Below, piece after piece: positions 40,305 through 52,312 of a DNA stretch of 64,000 bases; position 1 is the stretch's first letter, and each line of letters starts with the position of its first letter. The stretch covers positions 61,630,001 to 61,694,000 of the forward strand of contig CM052817.1 of assembly GCA_028534125.1 (NCBI GenBank). Reading direction: 5' to 3'. Below the pieces are notes generated by a model. The model was not told the DNA's origin. It saw only the letters and a list, made by a program, of their open reading frames with translations, and ran no database searches. This DNA comes from Lama glama. Taxonomy: Eukaryota. A program made the translations under genes and the position numbers.

Positions 40305-41578
40305 TCATAAATGGGTGTTGGATTTTAGCAAAAGCTTTTTCTGCATCCATTGAGATAATCATATGGTTTTTATTCTTCAGTTTGTTAATGTGATCTATCA
40401 CATTGATTTGCAGATACTGAAAAATCTCTGCATCCTTGAGATAAATCTCGCTTGATTATGGTGTATGATCCTTTTAATGCATTGCTGGAGTTGCTCTGCT
40501 AGTATATTGCTGAGGATTTTTGCATCTATATTCATAAGTGATGGTGGCCTGTAATTTTCTTTTTTGTGATATCTTTGGTTTTGGTATCAGGGTAATGATG
40601 GCCTCATAGAATGATTTTGGAAGTGTTCCTTCCTCTGCAATTTTTTGGAATAGTTTCAGAAGGATAGGTGTTAACTCCTCTCTGAATGTTTGGTAGAATT
40701 AACCTGTGAAGCCATCTGGTCCTGGACTTTTGTTTGGGAGTTTTTAAATTACTGATTCAATTTTATTACTGGTAATTGGTCTATTCATATTGTCTGTTAC
40801 TTACTGGTTCAATCTTGACAAATTGTACCTTTCTAAGAAATTTGTCCATTTCTCCTACATTGTCCTCTTTGTAGCCATATAGTAGCCTCTTATGATCCCA
40901 TGCATTTCTGTGGTGTTGGTTGTAATTTCCTCTTTTTCATTTCTTATTTTATTAATTTGACCCCTCTGCCTTTTTTCTCAAGTCTGACTAAAGGTTTATC
41001 AATTTTGTTTCTTTTCAAAGAACCAGCTTTTAGTTCTTTTCAATTATTTTTTAGTCAAATTTATTTCTGCTGTGATCTTTACGATTTCTTTGGGTTTTGT
41101 TTGTTCTTTCTCTAGCTGCTTTAGATGTAAGATTAGGTTGTTGAGATTTTTCTTGTTTCCTGAGGTAGGGTTGTATTGCTATAAACTTTCCTCCGAGAAC
41201 TGCTTTTGTTGCGTCCCAGAGGCTTTGGATCATTGTTTTTGTTTTCGTTTGTCTCAAAGTATGTTTTTAATTTTCTCTTTGATTTCTTCAGTGATCTATT
41301 GGTTGTTTAGTAGCATATTTTTAGCCTCCAGGTATTTGCAGTTCTTGCGTTTTTTTTGTTGTAGTTGATTTCTAGCCTTATAGTGATGTGGTCGGTAAAG
41401 ATACTTAATACGATTTCAGTTTTCTTAAATTTACTGAGGCTGGCTCTGTGGGCCAGCATGTAGCTGATTCTGGAAAATGTTCCATGTGCACTTGAGAAGA
41501 GTGTGTTTTCTGTTGCTTTCAGATGAAATGCTCTACAGATGGCGATTAAGTCCGTCTGGTCTGATGTGTTATTTAGGG
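40305..41578 (-). mobile_element. Internal LINE-1 ORF2 fragment (EN C-terminus to start of RT), both 5'- and 3'-truncated, with a 13-bp TSD
   Basis: LWDATKAVLGGKFIAIQ (ORF 41051-41257); [20 protein letters not shown] near 40310-40367; TACTCTTACTTTA at 40292-40304 and 41579-41591. Confidence 0.9.
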
Positions 41579-41744
41579 TACTCTTACTTTAGAAATCTTC
41601 CTTAGTGAGTCACTTAAAGGAGATGATTGCTGAAAAAATGGAACGGTGTTTTTTGTTTTTTACGCTCACATGTAATCCTTCCGTGTGGATATATGCTTTG
41701 TTAATGCCCTGGTGCAGCAGTTTAAAAAGTGCTTAGAAATTGCT

Positions 41745-42640
41745 TTTTAAAAAATAAATTATTTAATTTACTGGGTGACTAGGTTTCTTAGCTTCATGGT
41801 ATAATTCTCACAAAGGACAAAAGTAAGCTTCCTCCTAGTCTTGTCTTCCACCCACTCTGATGTCCTCCCCAGAGAAAATGACTGTGACCAGATTTTTGTT
41901 ACCCTTCCAGAGGCTGTGCGTGTGTGTGTGTACACATATACACATACACTCATATACATGTATTTACATGATACAGAAAAATATATATAGCATATATAAA
42001 ATATATATTTCTTACTTTTAAATTCAAGTTAGAGTAGCTACACATAGTGTTCTGTATCTTGCTTTGACTAAATATATGTTGTCAGTCATTCTGTATTAAT
42101 GCATATAAAGCTGCATTATTCCTTTAAATGCTACATACAGTTATTGGATATAATGTAGTGTATGGATATAATGTAGTGTATGGATATCATGTAGTGTATT
42201 TGATTTTTCTAGTCATTTGTTGTTTATATACATGTGTGCATGTAACTACAGGAACATTTCCTGGAGCATAGAGTTGGACACCACAGAGCTTGTCCCCATT
42301 TCCATGCCCACCCAGAATACATGAGAGTGCCTGCTTCCTGTATGTTACCAGTGAATATCAAATTCTTAAACTTCTGCAAAGCTGATAAAGAAAAAATACT
42401 GTCTCTGTAGTGTTTTTACTTTGCATTTTTCTTATGAGTCTTTGGCATCTTTTCATATACTTGAAAACCACTAATTTGAATTTTTGTTAAATCTTTGTTC
42501 ATATTGATTATTTTTCATGCATTGCTAGTCTTTGTTTTTATTTTTTAGGAGTTTTTAATATATTATGGAAAAATAGTACTTTGTGATGATTTGGGAATAT
42601 TTGCTTAGTTTGATTTTTGGCATGATTTATGATTTTTTTG
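41745..42640 (-). mobile_element. Ancient L1ME-like 3' fragment
   Basis: TCCCCAGAGAAAATGACTGT...CCTTCCAGAG...CCCACCCAGAATACATGAGAGTGCCTG...TTTGCATTTTTCTTATGAG. Confidence 0.6.
42145..42198. repeat. Minisatellite, 18-bp unit TGGATATAATGTAGTGTA x3
   Basis: Two identical copies plus one with a single mismatch. Confidence 0.92.
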
Positions 42641-43784
42641 ACCCAGGAGGGTAGGAACCTTTTTTTCCCCCCCACCATTTACTGTGTGCCACTTTTAACC
42701 CTTTAATTTGTCTTCATAAACTTATTTAATCCTTAATTAAAAACAAAATGAGGAGTTAAGTAACTTACCCAGAACCTCACAGTTAAAGTGAACTCAGGTA
42801 GTCTGACCCCAAGGCCCCTCCTCTTAACTGCTGTACTGTGTTGCCTAAATTTGTATTCTTCAAGACCAAACATGTAATTTTTCTGAATTAAAAAATTCTA
42901 ATTCACAGGATTTTTTCTTCTTGATATGGGCAACTGATAATTCTATTTTTTTCAAATAAAAATACAGGGACTGATTCACTCCTCCCTTCAAAGCAGTATT
43001 GACAATTATTTGTTCTTATAGTTAGAGAAGCATTTTTATACTCATTTTTATATTGGTTAAAGTAATTTTACATGGAAACTGGTATCTGTGAGGTGATATT
43101 TATAAATAGTAGTGCATTTTGATTGATCGTTTTCTGTCAGAAAAAATAAGAATACTTACTAAGATTGGATTTTGGGAGAGGTGTAAATGTTAGGTTATTA
43201 GGAATATTCTTGGTATCTCAGAACCCTAAGGCACATGACACATAAATGTGGAGTCATGTTTTTATGGCCCTCCTAACTTCGGAACAGTGGGCGGAAGACC
43301 AGAGACTATCCAAATACCTTAGATCTAGATTTCTCTTTTCTGGATAAGGCTGTTACTTAGCAAGACCTTTTGTGAATACTTGTTTTTTTCTGTCTTAAAT
43401 ATTTAAAAACTTGTTTAAAAGAAGACACTGCTTTTTTCACATGCTTGTGGTTAAAAAAAAATTGCTGCCTTAAAAACTGCATTATTTAAAGGCTTACCTG
43501 CAGTCAAGTTTCATAGGTCTACGGTAGAAATCAATGAATTAATACAGTGGGTTCCAGAGGAGGAAGACAATTCCACCAGGGAAGGAAGAGGCGGCAGGTG
43601 GGAAAAGGCTTTTGTGGATGAGATGTCATTTGAACCACATCTTGAGAGAAGAGGAGGAAGCAGCATTCCACAGATAGGGAGTTACACACGCAGGAGACAC
43701 ACTGTCTGTCGGAGGCACTGGGTTTAGTGTGGCCAGAGGGGAGAGGAGACACAGTTAAATGTTGATATTGGTTGTCTCTTAGAC

Positions 43785-43892
43785 GGTGCCATGCAGCAGA
43801 AATATAGTGTGAGCCATGTATATAATTTACAATTTTAGTAACACATTACAAAAAGCAAAAAATAAACAGGTGAAGTTAATGTATTTTATCCA
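43785..43892 (+). mobile_element. MER33-like hAT-Charlie fragment
   Basis: AGAAATATAGTGTGAGCCATGTATATAATTT...AAACAGGTGAAGTTAAT. Confidence 0.65.
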
Positions 43893-44624
43893 AGCAGGAA
43901 AAAAAATTGGATGGGAGTCAGGGTATGTGGTGTGGGAGTCTTTTTTTAATTTTTGAAAGAAGAGACTTAAACAGGCGTTAAACCATAAGGAAGGATAAGA
44001 AGAGTGAAAAAATTCTGAATATGAGACCAATTAAAGAAGTCTAGATGGGGAGATTAGTCTTTATTGGTAGAAAGGAGAATTTTTCCTCTGAAACAAAGAG
44101 GAAAAGGGAAGATAAAGATTTGTGTTTCTTTGGAGGTTTTGGAAGTCTAGGAAAAATTAAAAATGCATTCTCAAGGATAGCTTTTCAGGAAGAAAATGAA
44201 ACTCAAAAAAACCCAGATTGTTCGTGAATAACTATTTTTTAATTTTCTTTTTAGCCCTTATAATAGCATGAATTAACTCTTCACGTTGAAAAAAAATGGC
44301 CTAGGATATGGAGGGCCATAGAATATGGATGGCAACAAACGTCACAAAAGAAACCAGTGCACCCTTATTCAGACTCTGGTGGAGTGATTCAGGAATGGCT
44401 CTGCCACAGACAGGGTCTTGGAAGTTTTAAGCCAGTTTGTAAAGGAAGAGATGGACACAGGTTGATAGGAATTCTTAATGTCAAATACCTAGGACTAGTG
44501 AGGGGGAGGAGAGACTAGACTAGAATGTAGGGAGGGAAAGAGGCACTGACAAGTAATAGCAAATACCAATGGGTAAAAAATATCTTTGCTCTTACTTTAA
44601 GTCAAAGTTTTTTCAACTTTTTCA

Positions 44625-45120
44625 CAAAATTATCTGTTACACGTTACAGAAAGTGCATCTGAAACTCTGTTAAACAATGAAAGCAATGTACTGGCTCACA
44701 AAATCAAAAAGTTTTAGGGTATCAGACTTTTTTGATCAGGAAGTTCAGGGTGTTTAGGAGACCAGCTCTGTTTTCTGAGGTGCTCCGGACTCTGCCCTGC
44801 TGCACACATTTGTGTCCTCCCCAGGTGGGGTATCCTCATTGCTGTACAAAATCACGCCCTGCTGTCCCGAGTGGCAGCCAAGTGCATTCACCTCTGACTC
44901 CAGTGAGAGTACTCATACTCACTCTGATTAGACTGTAGTTGGACTGCAAGCTCCATCTCTGGGGCTGGGAATGCAGTTAGGTCTCTGGGATTCCATATCC
45001 CCAGTGAAAACTGGGCCCAGTTGGGAAGTGAGAAAAGAGACCAATGATACAACCAAGAGTTCCTGTAGTACCAAGGGAGCACGCTTGCTAGGGACCTTGG
45101 ACAGTTAGCCTGAAGCACAA
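44625..45120 (-). mobile_element. MLT1-type solo LTR (old)
   Basis: ACAGAAA...GTTAAACAATGAAAGCAATGTACTGGCTCACA...TTTGATCAGGAAGTTCAG. Confidence 0.55.
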
Positions 45121-45894
45121 AGTTTCATTTTAATATATTCCATTGTATATTAAATATTACTTACAATTTTACCTTATATTCCATAATCAACTTTTGTGTA
45201 TATCAAGATTCTTCCAAAATCTGAGTAAAATGAATGATCCAAAGCTGTCATTTAACCTGTGACTGCAAACGTCCCTTGGTGTACTAGTAGGTACTTGTAA
45301 ACGGGCCTTGTATCATCTTGACATAATAGACTGTGTAATACAAACACATATTTGATGTATAAAATAAAGAGAACACTGAAAGACTTATTAAACAGTATAT
45401 CCAACATATATTTTAAACCATGATTTTTGTCCATTTTAAGAGTACGTTTTCCACAACTCACTGTTATTTACAAATACATATAATTGCTGGAACTAACCAC
45501 TTCTTGGATATTAATAACCATAGTAAAAATAACTGAGAATACTTTTTCTAAACATGCTTTGTACTCTGTGTCATTAAACTTAGTCTGAGAATGCGTTTAG
45601 TAGCTGTAACTGTGCTGCGGGACATTTTAAAAACTAGAATTGAATGCTCAACCCTAGGATTCCTCTGAGATAATTATAGGATGAAAAATGACAAAGAAAA
45701 AAATCTACTTATCTTTGTTAATAAAGATGCCCCCTAGTCCCGTTCAATAGTTTAAATTTTAATGATACGTTTATTTTATATACACAGACACACACTAATG
45801 TCTGTTTTTAGGAAACAGAGTTATCCATTTACTGTGATACCCAGATCTTATGTGAGACTTGGATAGTAGTGGAAAACTTCTAATTATTTTCAAG

Positions 45895-46103
45895 AAGTAG
45901 GACTTACTGTGAGCCAGCTACTGTTTCAGTGTTTGAAATACAACCACATTTAATACTTACATCAACTCTCAAAAAGTCAAGTTGCAGCATGATTAAATAG
46001 CAAATAACTTGTCCAGTGTTATTTACAAAGCTAGTAAGTAGTCAGGTTGGAGAACCCTGGGAGCCAGACTCTGGAGTCCACGATCCTACCTGTACACTGT
46101 GTT
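45895..46103 (-). mobile_element. MIR SINE (degenerate)
   Basis: AAATAACTTGTCCAG...AGCTAGTAAGTAG...CAGACTCTGGAGTCC. Confidence 0.55.
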
Positions 46104-46904
46104 GATTCCTAGTCATTCTGTTAACAAAAAAGAAACCTTTGCCAGGTTAATCTATGGGAGTTATGAAAACAGTTTGTGGTGATACTATTCATCGACTTTT
46201 CTAGTTTGAAAGTGAGGGAGCAACCTTGTGTTTGAGCTGTGGCATGAGAGCGGGCTGTTTTCCCAGCAGCTCACATCTGTGCTGTACTTTTGAAGTCATG
46301 CTTCGCTGAGTCTTTGATGTGTTTCTTCTGTCCAGGTTCCTTTCAGGTGTCTAACTTCAAATGAATGGTAATGGTGCCATTCTTCACCGATAACATAATG
46401 GAACTTGGGTTCTTTTATCCTTGTTGTTATGTTGGTCATAATATGCTAGATTTTTAGGGAAGTTTATTTTAACTAATCAGAATGTTGAGTTTTAAGATTT
46501 ATCTTTTGGTGCTTATTTTATGTGTTTATCCATTCAATGACAGATTACATTAGAAACTTTTACATAATGCTTTTGGAAACATCAGCTGCTCTTCAAAAGA
46601 AGTGTGGTGAATGAATTCCATTTGTGTTTTGGTAAGCAACAACAGATGAAAAATCCTTAAATCATTTTGTCCCTGAGCCTCACTGAGATGAAGTTCACCC
46701 TCACCTTCTTTATTTGAGATACTCGCCTCATGCTTCTGTCGGTTCCATAATGCGCTTCTAGTCTTGTTGGAATAGTGATGGAGGAGCTGGGGCTGTAACC
46801 CCAAGCCAGAAACATGGAAGAAATATTAAATATAAAAATACCTCTTTATTTTGAATCATCTTCCATTGTGCTTTTTCTTGATCCTTCCCTCCATCCTACT
46901 CCAG

Positions 46905-47420
46905 CCTCCTCTGTTATAGTTACAGGAAATAGAAACCAATTTTAAGGAAAACAGATTCATTGGGAAGATTCAGAGTGGTTTAAAGGAAGAGCTGAACAAC
47001 CAGGCTTTGGAATGGAGCCAGTTGCTTGCTGACCTGTGTCTGGATGTCCTTCAGGAGGATGACTTCCCTCTGGTCACCTTCTCTGGTCAGGATTACAGTA
47101 TCTGGGGAAAGTGTGGGAGAACTCAAGTCAGTTCCACACCTGACCCCATCTCTGGGCTGGAGGGATGGAGTGTCCTTTGTGGAGGAGCTTGCCTCAGAGG
47201 ACTGTGGAGATGGGACCCAGGCCAGCTCATGCTTGCTTGCTCCCCACCCCTCTTCTTTCTCCCTCCTCTCCCCCCACTCTCTCTGTCATTCTCTCTCTCT
47301 CTCTCCGGATTCCGCGCACACTCTCAGACATAGGCAGTCTAATTTGATGTAGGATTTTGCTCCAGGGAAGAAAGACTTGCTGGAAAAAGAAAGAAGTAAT
47401 GGCACTGGGTTCCAAATCAA
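46905..47420 (-). mobile_element. MLT1-like old LTR with internal CT-rich tract
   Basis: GTTACAGGAAATAGAAACCAA...GAGCTGAACAACCAGGCTT; CT-rich tract ~47245-47305. Confidence 0.45.
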
Positions 47421-48604
47421 TTTCGTATTGATCGCTGAGTAATTCTCAGTGAGTCACATTTTTCACTAATCACGAGTGCAGATTGGTAAGATTAATGAAT
47501 GTGACTGAGAGGATAATAGTAGGCCAGAACCTAGAAGCTGTGTATTTCTACCTGTGCCCCTCCTCAGGGAAAACCCAGGAGGGAAGGAGGGAGAAGAATT
47601 AGATTAGTAATTTTCCTGGTTCTCTGGTCTAGCTTTTTGCAAGACTTCTCTGCTTTCACCAACTAAGACGAGAGCAAAACAGAACGTAACACTAAAGGAG
47701 GAGAAAAAGAAAATCATTACAGAATGTTGATAATTAGAATTTTATAAAAATATTACCACAGATGACATATTTCATAGAAGATTTAACTACATAATTTAAA
47801 GAGTAAATAATTGGGTGGAGTGTTACATGAAAGAATTTGTATTAATAATTTCAAGTTGAACTTTAAGGCAGTTAAAAATAAATTGCTAAGTTAGAAAAGG
47901 TGAGACCGACAATAACCAGGAAATTATTTTTCTAAGAAAGACTGTTTTCAAAACTTAGACCCCCATTTGTTTCAATCACAACCTAAAGTTTCTACCTCAC
48001 ATTTATATTCTCTATTTAAACTTTACAAAAACTAATTTTTGATTAAAATTCTGAGTGTAAATGAAAATACTGGGATCTAATGTATTTACATGTAAACTTT
48101 TAAGAAGAAATGCCAAGTCAGTATTATTATTTTGACTTAATACAGGATCAGGATATAGGGAACAGATTTGGAAGAATTATTTCTTCCCTAGAAAACTGTA
48201 TTTAATTTTTGTTACCTTAACAAGTATATTAAAAAGTGTCTTATAAATTGCAGTGAAAGCAACCATAAGCAATACCCAGTTTAATATAGATGAAGTATTG
48301 GTAATAAATGCCATTCCAGCTTATCTGTCATAAGTGTAGGATTCGGTTAGGGATTCAAAGAAAAGTGAAGCTAAATTTCAGTTATGCTCTTCCACTGAAT
48401 CTATGAAAGCCATTTTAGGAGGGAAATTAAAATTCATTGAACTGCTATATATAATAGTTCTCTCTAATTAATCCCTCAAGTACGCAACAGGGACATTTTT
48501 TAGTAACAGATGTATAAGAAAAAGGCAAAAGTTTCATTTAAAGAATTAATCACTGCAGCAATTTTCATTTATTAGGAGTGAGGTACGTTTCATTTTCTCT
48601 TGGG

Positions 48605-50050
48605 GGAAGATGGTCCCGGCAGAGTGAAGAACAAGTGCAGGTAGCTAGGCGGTAACGTGACTGATGTGCTTGAAGACTGGCAAGGCGGCCACGTGCCCAG
48701 AGTGGACTGATCCAAGGGGAAAGGACCACGAGGGCATTCAGAAAGGCAGTGGGCAGCTAGGTCGTGTTCTGACTTGTAGGCAGTCTTAAGGACTTGGGCT
48801 TGTATTTTTAGTGATATGGAAAGTTGTTGGAATGCTTTAATCAAATGAGTAACCTGAGTTGTCACTGGCTTTAAAAAGATCATTCAGGCTGCTGCATGGG
48901 GAGTAATGTCAGGACCAAGGAGGGCAATCGAGAGAACTGGAGTCCCCTGCAGCAGTCCCAGGTGAGCAAGCGAGGCAGGGGAGAAAAAGTAAAACACACA
49001 GAATGTGTTTCACAGGGAGAACTGAAAGGATTTGAATGGGATGTGGGAAATAAGTTAAGAGGGAGCTGTCAGGAACAAGTGCGAGGACTTTCCCAGATCA
49101 AAGATGAAGTTTCCATCTGTGGGGCCAAAGGGAGGCTGAGAAGTGAAGGTGTGGGTTAAATCAAGAGTTTGCTTTTGGATATGTTGTGATAGATGTCAGT
49201 TAAACTGGATATGTGAGTCTGGAGTCCTGGGAGGAGCGTGGCTGGAGATATAAATTTGAGTTTCATTAACCTACATTAGTTTCACGTAGGTTTTGCCTAA
49301 AGCCATTAAACTGTATGAGACCATTTAGCTAATGAGTGCAGACAGAAAAGAAATTTGAAGACTGGCCCTAGAGAACTCTGAGGTTTGGAAGCTGGGGAGA
49401 TGAGAAACCAGCAAAGGAAGATGAGGAGTGAGGTAGAGGGCAGTCAGGACCTTGTGTGTATTCAGGCAGTCATGTGATGAAAGTATTTCAAGGAGAAGGA
49501 ATTGATAATCTTAGTTTAATCCTGTTTAAAGTTCAGCAACAGGGAGGGTCAACTGGTGACCTTGACAAAAGCAGCCTGTAGTGTTGAGGGGAGAGCATGA
49601 CTGGGTTGCTTTCAAGAGAGGGCAAGAGTGGAGGAGGGACTTGCAGGCAGCAAGTATAGACAGTTCTCTTGAGGGGAAAAAGGAGCTGAGAGATGAGTGG
49701 TATTTGGAAGGGAAATGAGGCCAAAATAAGATTTTGATTTTGTTTTTTAAAAATGAAAGTAAATTCAGCTCAGGAATGATCCTATCAAGAGATGCGGGGG
49801 ATGGGCTGTGTGTGGGGACTGCTGTGGTGCTGTCCTTGAGGTGGCCCCTGGAGGTGGGATCTAGTGCAAAAAAAGGACCCCGGGGCTGAGGAGGGGGTCT
49901 TGGAGAGGCGCAGACTGTTGATTCAGTCAGGGAAGGTGGGCACAGAGGCATGTTGGTAATTAGGTGTGATAGGGCGTGATAAAGTAAGACGGTTTTCCTG
50001 GTGTGTTTCAAAATTTTGGTTTTTATTTTTTCGTTTCTGTGGGTTGATCT
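48605..50050 (-). mobile_element. Long L2 LINE ORF2 (RT region) fossil
   Basis: TTAAAAAGATCATTCAGGCTGCTG; TGGATATGTGAGTCTGGAG; GGTGACCTTGACAAAAGCAG (the antisense ALVKVTNDL-type RT motif region). Confidence 0.8.
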
Positions 50051-50401
50051 TGACACAGGATTGACAGGTGTGGGAATAGGAAGTAAGGAAGGGCTGGAGA
50101 GAAGAGAAGCAGCTCTAGAAACAAAGCAAAAGGTAGTGGTCAGTGGAGTTTTATAACAGCTGTGGTCTGTCCTAGGATATACTGTATTCCTTGTCCATTT
50201 GTTACAGCCCTTCGGTCGAAACCTACATACAGCACATAGAGGATTGTCCCCTGACTTGCTTATTTCCCTTCCTCTTAGTTCTTCTTGTTGCTAGAACATC
50301 AGTCCCCACTTTACCTGGAACACAAGGGCTCTTGTATGCAGCACTTTGACTAAAGAATTGAGAGAATGGGGGAAGATTACAACATAATCCTTCTAGCCTT
50401 A

Positions 50402-50532
50402 TTTTTTTTTTAATTTGGCGGGGAGGTAAGTGGGTTTATTTATTTATTTATTCTTACAGGAGGTACTGGGCATTGAACCTGGGACCTCATGCATGCTAAG
50501 CATGTGCTCTACCATTTGAGCTATACCCTCCC
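50402..50532 (-). mobile_element. tRNA-Ala(AGC)-derived SINE, camelid Vic-1 type
   Basis: Minus strand GGGAGGGTATAGCTCAAATGGTAGAGCACATGCTTAGCATGCATGAGGTCCCAGGTTCAATGCCCAGTACCTCC, then (AAAT)n and an A-tail; flanking repeat CTAGC(C/T)TTATTTTTT at 50393 and 50536. Confidence 0.85.
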
Positions 50533-50572
50533 TACCTAGCTTTATTTTTTAAAAGTATTTTCCCTCATACTT

Positions 50573-51055
50573 CAGAGCAGTTCTTTCTTTTTTGTGCTAT
50601 GGATCCCTTTGGCAAACTAGGGAAGCCTACGGATCCCCGCCTCTCTTCAAGGTAATTTTTAAATAAAAATAATTCATAGTTATAGAAGAAACCAGTTAAG
50701 ATGTGGTTTTTAGAATATATAAAACACAGTAGGAATATAATATGTCTTTATTGTGCATTAAACAAGCTGGCAGGTTGCATGACTACCTTAATTTCAAAAT
50801 AGTTAATGAGTAAATGATACTCCGAGATATCTGTATTGACTGAGATATAATATGAAAATGTTTGGGATTTCCACTGATGACAAGGTCACAGATGTTGGTA
50901 CTGTGATTTGTTGCCTACTTTTATAACTAAAGGAAATGCTAAATTCAGCTAAACGTTCATAAAAACATAAAATATTTCCCCCCATTCAAGTTCTGTCCTG
51001 CCTTCTGTGTAAGAACCTTTTGCGGGTCTGTGGACTTCAGGCTAACCATCCCTGC
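50573..51055 (+). mobile_element. MER119-like hAT-Charlie element
   Basis: TTTTGTGCTATGGATCCCTTTGGCAAACTAGGGAAGCCTACGGATCCCC...GGGTCTGTGGACTTCAGGCTAACCATCCCTG. Confidence 0.75.
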
Positions 51056-51317
51056 CTCAGAGGAAATACTGCGCCTCTCCTGCTAAGGCCGGACTCATCA
51101 CCTGTGGTCTGCCCTCCGACTCCCTGTTTTCTCTGGGACCCACTCCACACAGGTATCCAAGATGGCTTTTTTATATCTTGAATCTCTTCTATCCATGGAT
51201 GTTTTTCTTTCCTTCCTTGGAATATACATGATTTCTTCTATCTTCCATTTCCCACGAGAGCAGTAAAGAGCCTTATTTGCCTGGGTGAGGCCAGCATGGT
51301 GCCTGGATATGCTCTTT

Positions 51318-51361
51318 AAATGTTTACTGCTTGTAATAAAAAAAAATGTTTACTGCTTGTA
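51318..51361 (+). mobile_element. Solo poly(A) insertion with an 18-bp TSD
   Basis: AAATGTTTACTGCTTGTA-ATAAAAAA-AAATGTTTACTGCTTGTA preceded by TTT (TTT/AAA, similar to an L1 endonuclease site). Confidence 0.6.
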
Positions 51362-52199
51362 GAAGGTGCTCATGAAATGTTGAAATAAATTGGTACTTTT
51401 CTTTCCAATGGAAATTCAGACTTTTGTCTCAGTTAGCGAGTGTTACAGCTGTCTTCTTGGTGGTGAAGGGAGGATCCCCATAGGATTAAAGAGCATCATG
51501 TAAAAACCCCATTGGTAAACTCAGCAGAGTAAGTAAATTCAGTTAGTCCGTGAACGTTAACATTCTCAAAGAGGGATATGCTAGATTTCTAAATTTTGTT
51601 AAGAAAAGTTGAGTTTGGCTCTTTGTCAAACCAATTCATTGATTTCCATGTAAATCTGATAAAGAAGAGAATGGTGAATGATGTGTAACTTGTAACTGTG
51701 TTTATGAAATACAGTTAACCTCAGTTTTGTGACGTTGCAAATGTTAACATACGTTATGTTTAAAAACACAATTCTCATTTAAATTTTGCGCTAGGTTAAT
51801 ATAGACATGAGTTACCTTGGTTTAAAAGGATAGAATACAATGACAATAGAATTTAGCTTTGGAGAAGTATTCACTGTTATTATTAGAACATGTTTTTTCT
51901 CCTTGATACGAGATTATTTTTATTTTATCAATTTTTTGAGCTAATTTAGTTTTCTTATAATCCAGTATCTAACATTCTTTGAACACATACCTCTAATTTA
52001 TGTAACTTTTATATGTTTATTTTATAATATTCTGTTTTCTGTTCTTTAATTACTGAATGGTTACCTGATTTTATTATGTTTACGCCAATATAAATGAGTT
52101 AGTTGAGGCAATTGTAAAGCTAGTAGATTAGTGCTTGGCACATAATAAGCACTACACATAAATAAAAAACCACAAACATATACATACAAACATTTATTC

Positions 52200-52312
52200 T
52201 CTCCAACTAGGTTATAAACTTGTGTGTCAACTCTTTGACCACAGGACCTTGTTTTTCTACATTCTCTTATCTGGCCCATAGTGGGTTATTAATAAATATT
52301 TGTTGCATGGAT
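52200..52312 (+). mobile_element. L2 3' tail fragment
   Basis: CTGGCCCATAGTGGGTTATTAATAAATATTTGTTGCATGGATG. Confidence 0.6.

Noticed and set aside
41161..41182. let-7-like sequence TGAGGTAGGGTTGTATTG
   Set aside because: It is antisense L1 ORF2 coding sequence (IQPYLRK), and I saw no star arm or hairpin
49526..50056. 176-aa ORF on the - strand
   Set aside because: It lies in a decayed L2 ORF2 and drifts between ancestral frames; not a gene
50459..50532. Functional tRNA-Ala(AGC) gene
   Set aside because: It has a SINE tail, a TSD and stem-disrupting substitutions, so it is a SINE head
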